Virus record (IMG/VR): IMGVR_UViG_3300042520_000420
Span: 1 to 62,749 of that record
Reading direction: 5' to 3' (one strand)
Length of the DNA stretch: 62,749 nucleotides
Origin: a virus
Lineage: Duplodnaviria; Caudoviricetes
Part shown: in pieces, positions 1 to 10,000 of the stretch
How positions within the stretch are numbered: the stretch's first letter is position 1
How the letters are laid out: each line of letters begins with the position of its first letter
Translations under genes and position numbers: made by a program
Notes under the pieces: generated by a model
The model's database searches: none
Told to the model about the DNA's origin: nothing
Seen by the model: the letters and a program-made list of their open reading frames with translations, nothing else

Positions 1-25
1 CTTTAAATAGCTGTTTAACTTCTTG

Positions 26-151
26 GTCTGAATACGCTGACCCAAGGGCGTTTACTGAACAAGAAGTTAAACAGCTATTTAAAGAGCAGGGCTACACTGC
101 AAGTCAACAAGAGATAAACAATTTTGTTAACTACATTCTTCAAAACAATAA
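26..151. repeat. Terminal direct repeat, copy 1 (126 bp; circular-assembly overlap)
   Basis: GTCTGAATACGCTGACCC...CAAAACAATAA is identical to 62624-62749, and the reading frame continues across the join. Confidence 0.95.
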
Positions 152-833
152 CACGGTTCAAACAAATTTTGACCCTAGAAAAGACTACGAAACAACGGTT
201 ACGGATATTCTAAACAAACAATATGACCCTCTTGCCACTCTACCTGATGAGATAAAAGCCATCTATAGGGAAATTGGATACGAGCCAACTGACGCAGAAG
301 TTCAACAATTTGTAGGAAGCCTCTCTGAGTCAGAGCAAACCAGCTTGGCTAAAAAGTATGGACTAGGAAAACAGTCTCAAGCCGCTAGAAAACGCAGAAA
401 TCAATACGGTCAGCTTGTGGCTGAAGGTGAGGCCGATCAAGAGCCAAAATCTATCATTGCTCCAACCTCTGATGTCTTCTATTACGGCAAGGAATTTGGA
501 TCAACCCCACAGCAGATCTCAGCGTCTGGTGAAGTCTCTCCATACCGCCCTGTAGACATTTCCACCTTTGGGCCTGACTATGACGCAATGCTGGGATTGC
601 CCAAAGGGACTCTATCAGCTCTGCCAGCAGTGCAGGCGGCGGCGGTTACCCCAGACCAAACTGGGATTGCGCAAGCTCCAAATACAGGCGAAAATAAGCC
701 AACTGTGCCACAAGAGCCTCAGTCAGATGAGAGTATTAAATTTCTTCAGGATCTTCTATCCAAGGATCCAAGCTTGACGGAAGAAGATTTGATGAAAATT
801 TTGCAAGAGCGTAGCAGTGAATTTATTGAGTAA
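27..833 (+). CDS. C-terminal part of a large (about 1284 aa) internal virion/ejection-type protein that starts at 59577 and wraps the circle
   Basis: Frame open from 27 (SEYADPRAFTEQEVKQ...) into track ORF 345-833; in frame with ATG 59577 through the terminal overlap. Confidence 0.8.
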   Translation, partial: SEYADPRAFTEQEVKQLFKEQGYTASQQEINNFVNYILQNNNTVQTNFDPRKDYETTVTDILNKQYDPLATLPDEIKAIYREIGYEPTDAEVQQFVGSLSESEQTSLAKKYGLGKQSQAARKRRNQYGQLVAEGEADQEPKSIIAPTSDVFYYGKEFGSTPQQISASGEVSPYRPVDISTFGPDYDAMLGLPKGTLSALPAVQAAAVTPDQTGIAQAPNTGENKPTVPQEPQSDESIKFLQDLLSKDPSLTEEDLMKILQERSSEFIE

Positions 834-847
834 GAAAAGAGGAAAAT

Positions 848-1591
848 ATGCCTGAAAATTCAAGTTCCTATACAGGTGGAGTAGGAGAAGCTGAGAACGA
901 TCCAGTTCTTACGACTCCCGATACCTCTTTTTTGGGGGATCTTTTGGGAAAAGTAGATCTTGCAAATCTAGATTTTGGCAAGATTGTTGGTGGACTTGGT
1001 GATTTGTTTAAAGACACATCTTCCGCTGGAGTTGGCGGTCAGCTTGCAGGACTTGCTGGAATTGCTGCCTTGTTGAACAAGATTTCTCCGCAAGCTGGCC
1101 CTCAGTTTAGTGGCTACAAGGGCGGAATTCCAACATACACAGCAGAGCGAAGCCAACTCCCCATTCCAACCACAATGCCCAACCCTGCTTATGTACCTCC
1201 TGCGGAGGGTCAAACAACTGCCGTGCCTCAAACGTTGCCACGCCGACCCGGCGCAGGCGGTATAACCTACTTCACTCCAATGACTTACAAAGCCGCTGGT
1301 GGCGGCATATCCTCATTGGGGGATTACTCTGATGGTGGGCGCTTGCTCAAAGGCCCCGGAGATGGTGTATCTGATTCAATTCCAGCAAGAATTGGCAAGA
1401 AGCAAGAGGCTAGATTGGCTGATGGTGAATTTGTTGTACCCGCTCGGATTGTCTCTGAACTTGGTAATGGATCTACCGAAGCTGGCGCTCGTAAGCTTTA
1501 TGCCATGATGGATAGAGTCAAAAAGGCAAGATCTAAGTCAATGAAGAATATTGCCGCTGATTCCAAAGCGGAAAAAATGTTACCAGCATAA
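848..1591 (+). CDS. Virion/ejection protein with a C-terminal GPGDGVSDSIPA...LADGEFVVPA domain
   Basis: The motif resembles the GPGTGTSDSIPA-LSxGEFV domain of many tape-measure/ejection proteins; AGAGG RBS. Confidence 0.6.
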   Translation: MPENSSSYTGGVGEAENDPVLTTPDTSFLGDLLGKVDLANLDFGKIVGGLGDLFKDTSSAGVGGQLAGLAGIAALLNKISPQAGPQFSGYKGGIPTYTAERSQLPIPTTMPNPAYVPPAEGQTTAVPQTLPRRPGAGGITYFTPMTYKAAGGGISSLGDYSDGGRLLKGPGDGVSDSIPARIGKKQEARLADGEFVVPARIVSELGNGSTEAGARKLYAMMDRVKKARSKSMKNIAADSKAEKMLPA

Positions 1592-1600
1592 GGATTAATC

Positions 1601-2425
1601 ATGGCAGAAGTAAAACCCCCTACCTTGCCATCTACTGGCGGCGTTGAATCGTCTACGTTATCTAGTTATGCTGGGCCGTATGTAACCGGTATGCTCGGCA
1701 AGGCGGAGGCATTGACAAATGCCCCGTATCAGACCTATCAAGGCCCATTGACCGCTGGCGAATCAGGCCTTCAGTCAAAGGTGTTTCAGGGCTTGGGCAG
1801 TTTAAACTTCCCCGGACAGCTAGGGCAGACATTTTCATCATCTCAAGCTCCAACTATTGGATCTGATGGTCAGCCTGTTGGTGGTGGAGGTATTGCCTCC
1901 CAGTACATGAATCCATATTTGCAAAGCGTTCTTGCTCCTCAGCTTGCGGAGCTTCAACGTCAAGCAAAGATTCAACAAATGCAAAATGCTGGTACAGCAA
2001 CCAAGATGGGCGCATTTGGAAGCTCAGGGCAAACCCTAATGGACACTGAGTCTCAGCGAAATGCACTTGATCAAATGAGCAAGACAATTGGCACTGGCTA
2101 CTCAAATGCCTACGATAAGGCGCTGGGTCAATTCAATGTTGAGCAAGGTCAGGCTAAGACTCTTGCCGACATGATGACCAAGGCAGGAGAAGAGCAGCGT
2201 GGCATTGAGCAGCAGGGCGTTACCGCAGATTTAAACGAATTCAATGCGCAGCGTGATTACCCACAAAAGATGTTGCAGTTTCAGCAATCTATGTTGCAGG
2301 GCTTGCCAATTTCTACTGTTGCCACTACCCCAAATCAACAAAGTGGATTGGGAAGCCTTACCTCGACAGTTGGCGGCTTGGGTAATTTGATGGAAAGCCT
2401 GAAAAGCCTCGGCATAAAATTTTGA
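1601..2425 (+). CDS. Putative DNA ejection/pilot protein
   Basis: Q/G/A-rich; YMNPYLQSV and GAFGSS motifs typical of podoviral ejection proteins; hydrophobic Gly-rich C-terminus. Confidence 0.55.
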   Translation: MAEVKPPTLPSTGGVESSTLSSYAGPYVTGMLGKAEALTNAPYQTYQGPLTAGESGLQSKVFQGLGSLNFPGQLGQTFSSSQAPTIGSDGQPVGGGGIASQYMNPYLQSVLAPQLAELQRQAKIQQMQNAGTATKMGAFGSSGQTLMDTESQRNALDQMSKTIGTGYSNAYDKALGQFNVEQGQAKTLADMMTKAGEEQRGIEQQGVTADLNEFNAQRDYPQKMLQFQQSMLQGLPISTVATTPNQQSGLGSLTSTVGGLGNLMESLKSLGIKF

Positions 2426-2435
2426 GGGCAAATAA

Positions 2436-4034
2436 ATGAATTTAGTCGCCATCCAAGAGAAATTAAAAGATTTCCCTAACCAAATAATCATGGCCTATGC
2501 CAATGGGCAGAACCCAGAGGTTCCCGCCTATATGGCTCTTGCTGAACTCCAGCGCAGAAAACGTATGCAGCAGGGTTCCAAAGAGATGCCTAAAGAGACT
2601 GTCAAGGATAGGATTGAGCGGGAATCTGTCCAGCAGACAATGCCATCAATGGAGGCCCAACAACCCCAACAACAACCCCAACAAGCCCAACAAGCCCAAC
2701 AAGAAATGCCAGCAATGGCGGCTGGCGGCATTGCCCGCCTACCAGTTGGCGATATGTTCAATTACCGTGATGGCGGTATTGTTGCGTTTTCTCAAGGCGA
2801 TGCTGTTGAGTCCGAGATGTCAGGCTCTACGCCTATGAAGCGTGGCAAGACTAGGGCTGAAGTGCGTGAAGAGCTAGAAAGGGAGCGAGAAGAGAATATG
2901 CGGCGTGTTGCAATGGAGGGGCAGAATCAACGCCCCGTAATGCGCCAAGATCCTCGCATAGCGGGAGTAACTCCCCCAGAAGAAACCGTGCAAGATGCGC
3001 AACCTGCGCCACCGCCTGCCGCTAGACCCATCCCTAGAGTCGCCGCTCCCCAGCAAGCCGGTGGTGTAAACGCATTGCCACGCAGAGACTTGGCTATGGA
3101 TATGTTGAAGAAGTCTCAGGAAATGACAACTCAGCAGGCTGAAATTCCAGAAACATATGAAGCCATCATGGAGCGGGAAAGAAAAAGAAACCCAGCTCTT
3201 AAAAAACCTATTGGTGAAGATTATCAAAAGAAACTTGGAGAACTCTCTGAGTTTGACAAAGAGGCCCGAGGTAAATTTGGTGAGCGTGAGACCGCTAGAG
3301 CTAAAAGAGATTTCTTTGATTCTCTAATTGCAGCAGGCGAAGCAACCCGTGGTGGCGGTGGCATTGGCTCGTTACTGGGTGGGTTTGGCAGAGCATCAAG
3401 CGCCGCAAAAAATGCCGCTGATGAGCGAGCAGCTAGACAAGAAGCCTTGCAGCGTGAGCAAGATTTAAACATGGCTAAGTTGAACTCTGAGATAGAGAAC
3501 TTACGCCGTGCCGAAGCCATTGGCGATGTCAAATCTCAGCAAGAATCTTTGACAAAGATTGCTGACATAAAGAACACCATGAAACAAAATGCAATGATCT
3601 TGCAGGCTCAGGCTACTCAGACTGCCGCCATGATTCGTGGTCAGGATCTGCAAGCTAAAACTGCTCGGGAACAGACTTCCGCTTACCGTAAAAACGAGTT
3701 GTTTGATATTGCAGAGCGCCTAAGATCTCAGTATCCAAAGCTCTCCGAAGAACAGTTGTTACAAAAAGCGCTGCCGTTTACACGGGCTGGTGTTGGTGCA
3801 GAATCAAAGTTAGATGCGGCAACCGAAGCCAGATTAAAGCAACTTGATGTAAAGCGTTTGCTAAATGCTCAGGTTTATGCCAGCGACCCCCAAAAGCTTG
3901 CCGCAGCAAACAAGCCTTTAAATGACGAAGAGGCTAGGATTAGAGGTGGCGCTGGTGGATCTGGTGGTGGAGTTAGATTTAAACTAGATGCAAACGGTGA
4001 TCTTAGAGATGCAAACGGTCGTCTTGTTCAGTGA
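2436..4034 (+). CDS. Putative ejection/internal virion protein (coiled-coil)
   Basis: 532 aa, helical and charged, with MAAGG and YRDGG motifs; lies directly before the giant protein. Confidence 0.55.
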   Translation: MNLVAIQEKLKDFPNQIIMAYANGQNPEVPAYMALAELQRRKRMQQGSKEMPKETVKDRIERESVQQTMPSMEAQQPQQQPQQAQQAQQEMPAMAAGGIARLPVGDMFNYRDGGIVAFSQGDAVESEMSGSTPMKRGKTRAEVREELEREREENMRRVAMEGQNQRPVMRQDPRIAGVTPPEETVQDAQPAPPPAARPIPRVAAPQQAGGVNALPRRDLAMDMLKKSQEMTTQQAEIPETYEAIMERERKRNPALKKPIGEDYQKKLGELSEFDKEARGKFGERETARAKRDFFDSLIAAGEATRGGGGIGSLLGGFGRASSAAKNAADERAARQEALQREQDLNMAKLNSEIENLRRAEAIGDVKSQQESLTKIADIKNTMKQNAMILQAQATQTAAMIRGQDLQAKTAREQTSAYRKNELFDIAERLRSQYPKLSEEQLLQKALPFTRAGVGAESKLDAATEARLKQLDVKRLLNAQVYASDPQKLAAANKPLNDEEARIRGGAGGSGGGVRFKLDANGDLRDANGRLVQ

Positions 4035-4041
4035 GGTTTAA

Positions 4042-7000
4042 ATGACTATCGAAGTCGAGTTAGTTGATGGTCGAATTCTTGAATTTCCTGATGGGACTTC
4101 TCCCGCTGTTATTCAAAGCACAGCCAAAAAGGCTACGCAGGACAAGTATTTTGGTGTCAGCACCGCAGAGCTAAAGGCCGCTCCGTCTGCGCCAATGTCG
4201 TTTGGCGATACAGCAAGAGCTGGTATTGCTGGCTTGACTGGCGCTCTTGGCTCTGCTGTTTCTGCATTTGGTGCAGATACAGCCCCAGCCCAAGGACTGA
4301 GATCTCTGACTGAGTCAATACAGTCTGGCATGACTCCCGAGCGCCTTGAGGAGCAGCGCCGCCGTGATGAGTTGATGCAAAGGTCTGAGAAAGAAGGCCT
4401 TGGCGCTCAAATCTTGGCTGGTGCTGGCGCTGTTGCCGAAGCGCCAATTCAATCAATTGCACAAGGCTTGGGATCATCCATCCCTGCTATTGCCGCAGGC
4501 CTTGCTACCGTGGTTGCTGGCGCTCCTGTAGCCATTGCTGGAGCAGTGGGTCTAGCAGCCCGTGCCATTTTTGGCGCAGTCCAAGGCGCAGGTGAAGCCA
4601 AGAGCGACATCTATTCCAGCGTCAAAGCCAAGCTCATGGAGTCTGGCAAGAATGAAGCCCAAGCTGAAGCTGAAGCCGCAAAGGCTCAAGAGTATGTAAG
4701 TAAAAACCTGCCCGGAATTATTGGTAGCTCTTTGGCTGGTGCAGTTGATGCAGCCACCGGTGTTGAATCTATTGTTGGTAAAGGTGCGTTTAAATCTGCC
4801 GTTAAACCGCTTGAGAAGCCAAGCCTGCTGCGTGAAACGTTTAAACAAGCAGGCAGCGAAGCTTTGCCAGAAGGTCTTCAGGCTGGTGTTGGTCAGGTTA
4901 CCCAGAATGTTGCACTGCAAAACGCAGGATTTGATACATCTACATTTGAAGGTGTAGCGGGGTCGGTTACCCGTGACGCATTGATGGGCGCATTGACCGG
5001 TGGAGCCGTGACTCCACTCCAGATGTCCAGCCTGCGCAGAGACTATGAGCTTGATAAACAGCGCAAGGTTGAAGAAGAAAACCGTGTTTTAGAAGAAAAA
5101 ATTGCAAAGGAAGAGCAAGCCCGTCAAGAGCAGATAATCAAAACCCAAGAAGATCTTGGTTTAAACAGGGAGTTTCCTGCGCTGCCCGCCCCGGCAGAAC
5201 AGATCGAAGAGCCTCCTGTTGCTGTTGATCCTTTAAAGAACCCGCTTGGCAATATTCAAAAGAACGAGATCCCCGAGATCTCTCAAACCATTGATGAGTA
5301 CCGCAAGAATGCCAACCTGCCTCCTCTGAAGGATTATTCTGTTGAAGATCTTGTGGATGCCATGCCCGGAACCGACCCAAGGGGCGAAGAAGGTCTTTTA
5401 AATGAATGGCTTACAGCAAAGACCGGATGGACTAAAGCAGATAAGATGACCGCCCAGCAAGTGCTGGATCAAGCCAAGCTTAAGAAGATTGAAACCAAGA
5501 CCAAGGGATTTGAAGACTTTCTTGCCCGTGTCACCGGTTATAGAGATCTGACAACCATGTCGCAGCCGCAGCTTTTTGCTGCGTTTAAAGCTCTATCTGC
5601 CTTACCTGAATCTGAAACAACTCAGATCCTCCCAGAGGGAACAAACGCCAGCCGCTTCAGCGAAGACCAATACCGCAAAGCATTAGATGGCGTTGACCAA
5701 TTGCTGGATGGCTTGGTGTCTAAGGATGGAAAGCCAATACCTCTTGATCGTGGTCAGGTGATCAAGGAGATCCAACAATACACTGGTCTAACGAAGACTG
5801 AACATGCTGAATCCATTTTGGATGAGGCTATTCGCCTTGGTGACTTAGACTCCGTTAAGACACCTCGTTACCGCATGGTTGACCCAGCCACTGGGCAGCT
5901 TAAGGGCGTAGCCTATGACAACCGCAAGGCTGCTGACGCTGCTGCCAAGCAACGTGGCTACGATGTAAAGCAGATCACTGCCGAGGGCATCACTCCACCA
6001 TCCACCGCTGCCACGCTGCCAGAAGGTTTTGACATCCGCAAGGGCTCGTTTAAAGAGGGTGAAGCCCCAGAGGGCTACTCCGTCATGGCGGGTGATGAGG
6101 CTTTGTATCAGGCAAAAACATCGGAAGAAGCTGCCACCAAGAAAGCCAGCTTTGAGAAAACCCGTGCTGGTATGGCTAACGCCATTGACAATCAGATTGC
6201 CCAGAAGCTCAACTCCGTAGAGCAAAGCCAAAGCCGTTTAAACAAGATGGAGGCTATGGGCGAGGGGCAGACCGACAACTACGCCAAGGCTAGAGGCAAA
6301 CATGCCCAGCTTGAGGAAAGTGTTGCTAAGGATGTCGAGGGTTTGCTTGAAAAGAAAGCCAAGTACGAGAGCCCCATCAGCATTAAGGCGTTTGGCAAGA
6401 AGGCGGTAGGACGCACAGGCTACACAGTCTTTGAGGGAGGGGAGGCAACAGCTACCTACCCAACCCGCACAGCCGCAGAAGAAGCAATTCTTACAGCAAG
6501 ATCAGATGATGAATTAAAGCAACTTACCAAAGACCAAGGCAGGCGTGGTCTGGGCAAGCGAGCCGAAGCCGAGATCCAGCGCAGAGCCGCTCCACCTCCC
6601 ACTGAAGGTAAGAAGGTCTCTGAAGTCTTGGAAGGCATTGAAGAAGAGAAGAGAAAACCAAAGCCCATACCTCCTGAAGTTAAAGCAAACATTGAGAGGC
6701 TTGAGAAGGAACTTCGTCCATTGATGGAGAAGCTCGGTCTGGGCAAGGTGACTTTAAACGTAGTTCAGGATATTGAGAACAACGCAGAAGGTGCGTTCTC
6801 CAAGACCTTGATGCGTATTGCGTTGGATTCGGAAAAACCTGTGCGCACCATGCGCCATGAGTCCATCCACGCATTGAAAGAACTTGGCTTCTTCACGCCT
6901 GCGCAGTGGAACACCCTACAACGCATGGCAAAAGACAAGTGGATCCAGACTTATCTGAAAGATAAGAATGCAATCCACAAAGGTAAATCCATGACACGCT

Positions 7001-10000
7001 TTGATGCGTACATGGATATTTACGGTGGGAATATGGACACTATCATGGAGGAGGCCATCGCTGATGCGTTTGCTGACTTTGATGTAAACAAGGCTCCTCC
7101 CGGTCTCATCACTGCCCTGCTCAACAAAATCCGTGCGTTCTTTGAGGCTTTGCGTAATGCAATGGCTGGCGCTGGATTCCAGACTGCCGATGAAGTCTTT
7201 GGCATGGTTGAGCGTGGTGAGTTGGTGGAGAACCCATCTGCTTGGAAAGCCACACCCGAGGATGAGGAAGAGGCGGCAAGGTACTCTGTCAACAACGGTA
7301 TTGATCCCTACATATCAGGCGGTCAGCTTAATGTGCCAATGGAGTCGGATGGAACAAAGTACTCCATCAAACAGGCTTACACCCCAGAACAAATAGCCAA
7401 GTCGGCGCAAGCAACAAACCGCAAGGGTGAGACAAAGAAAGTCAAGATCCTTAAGAACGATCCAATAACTGGCTTGCCTCTAAACCAAAACGGCACAGTC
7501 ACGCTGTATTACCCAACCGACAACGCTGGCGCACGAGAGCTTGCCAGAACCAAGCGTTTAAAGGGTCACTCACCAACAGCCAATCGCATTTACTTGACCA
7601 ACGAGTCCAGTGCGCCTGCTGTTGCCACAAATCCCGGAATGATTGAGCAACCCTTGGGTGGCGCAAATGTTTTGCTTGAGATTGATCCATCCTTGCTGCA
7701 CGAGCTAGAAGACCGTAAAGATGGGCGCAGAGATTTCTTCATTCCAATTGCGGAAGGCGCAGTGTTTGCCAAGAAGATGAAGAAGACCAAGCTGTTTACA
7801 CTGAACGCTTTGCGTACCAAGGGTTTGCACCCAGACCGCACACTAAATCAGGTAACCAAGATGGTTAACGATGCGGCGGCTAAATGGGCGGCTTCAAATG
7901 CAAAAGACCGCAGTGTCATGGCGAAGCAAGCCAAAGACACATTGCTTGCAGACCACAACATCACCAATCTGTTTGGAGCCAACTCTAAGCTAGAGAAGAC
8001 CAATATAGGTGAGTATGGGCTAACTTACAAAGACAAGAACGTCATGTCCACTGGCCTTGGCTTTGCCTCGGCTCAAAAGATTAATGATGAGCAACGTGCC
8101 ACCACTTGCCCTCAGTCGGGTATTTGTGAAGATCTGTGCCTTGGCGAAACATCAGGGCAGAACAGGCTCTATGGTGGCGAAGGTCAGTGGCGCTCAGGCC
8201 CCCGCTTGTCCCAGTATCTAAAGACAGAGGCCTTGGTTGTTAATCCTGAAGCTTTTGCGATTGCAATGATTAAGCAAATCACATCGTTCCGTAAGGCTGC
8301 TCAGGATTTGGGTTATTACCCAGCCATCCGTTTAAACGTTACATCTGACTTCAATCCAAAAACATTTGAGAACATCATCAACATGTTCCCTGATGTTATG
8401 TTCTATGACTACACCAAGCTAGACACCAAGCCAATCGCTCCCAACCACCACCTGACTTACAGCTCCACTGGAGCTTCTCAGGTTGTTGATGACGACATTG
8501 TTTACAACAAGTTCTCTAATTGGGATCGCATGGTGGACAAGGTTCTACCAAGCGGGCGCAATGTTGCTATGGCCTTTACAAGCCGTAGTGCAATGCCTAA
8601 GTTTGTGATGGATCAGCGCACAGGCAAGAGTTTTGAAGTTTGGAATGGTGATGAGTACGATGCTCGATTCCTTGATCCAGTTAGGAAAGATGGCGATGGC
8701 TGGATTATTGGTCTAACCAACAAGGACAACACTACCAAGCCAGAGGATGCTGCCAAGAAACACAATGGTTTCTTCCTTGACTATGACCCCGAGCGGGATG
8801 GCGACACCCTTGTCATTCAAAATCAAGAAAAACTCAAGACTGGCGCACCTCAGCCAATAACTTTTACCAAGAAGACTGAAAAATTTAGCCTTAGAGATTT
8901 GCCTCCAGAGCCGGGTACTCAGCCAATTCCAAAAGGAATGGTGCGCTTATACCACCAGACAGACTCTGAATCTCTTGCCAATATTTCCAAAGAAGGCTTG
9001 TCTATTAAATATGCCAAGGGTGTCGAAGGCCCCAAAGCTATTTATGCGGGTGAGACTCCTTTCTACGGCCCAGCAGATACAAGGCCAACCGTAGAATTTT
9101 TTGCTCCAAAAAATCAGTGGGACGCTCCTTTTGTTTTGGCTGATGTAAGCCCAAATCAAATCATTGCAGCCCATTACCCTTGGCACAAGCAGGCAAGATA
9201 TTTGGAGGCAGAGCCAGACTCAATGAAGGTTGCGTTGGATGGCGGGTTTGACAACTTGACAGATCCTGACACGGCAACGGCTGTTAAATACATCAAAGAC
9301 AAATACAAAAATCAAAAGCCTGAGAAGTACAGTCTCCGGTCTGCTCCTGAATCTGAAGAGTTTAAACAGTGGTTTGGCGACAGCAAGATTGTTGATTCCA
9401 AAGGCAAGCCCGTATTGCTTTACCACGCCACCAACTTCTCAGAAGAAGACAAGATTGACCAAGAGAACGTCTTCTCTGTGTTTAAAGAGTCTGATGACGG
9501 TAAGCTTGGCGCAGGCATCTACGCCTCATCCCTACCCAAATACGCAGAAAGCTATGGCCCAACTGGCACAGTGATGCCTTTGTACGCCTCCATCAAAAAT
9601 CCTTTGGTCATTAATATGGATGCCGATGGAATTGAGACTGACGCAGATGGCTATCAAAGCGTCACAACCAAGGTTGGTATCAGAGCCAACACTGCGCTTG
9701 AGGGTGTAGCCAAGAAGATACTGGCTAAGAACCCTGACTTCAAAACAGAGAGTAAACGCTATCTCAGAGGCTCAGAGGTTCAAGAGTTATTGGAGATGGG
9801 CGGGTATGACGGCGTTGTTTTAGAAGACAACGAAGGCAACTTTGTAGAGGTCAATGCGTTTAAACCTGAACAGCTTAAGTCGTCCATTGGGAACATTGGG
9901 ACTTACGATGCATCCAACCCAGACATTCGCTTCAGCCTGAAAGAGGCCCCAAATACACCTGAGTTTAAACAGTTCATAAAAGACAGTAAGGTTGTAGATG

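Noticed and set aside
1-84. Bases 1-25 are the exact reverse complement of 60-84 (possible hairpin telomere)
   Set aside because: It lies inside a coding region at the contig edge, the other end continues normally into base 26, and I see no protelomerase. It is most likely a chimeric or fold-back read artefact.
26-151. The 126-bp terminal repeat as a biological direct terminal repeat
   Set aside because: It falls mid-gene and is about the size of an assembler k-mer overlap, so it indicates circularity only.
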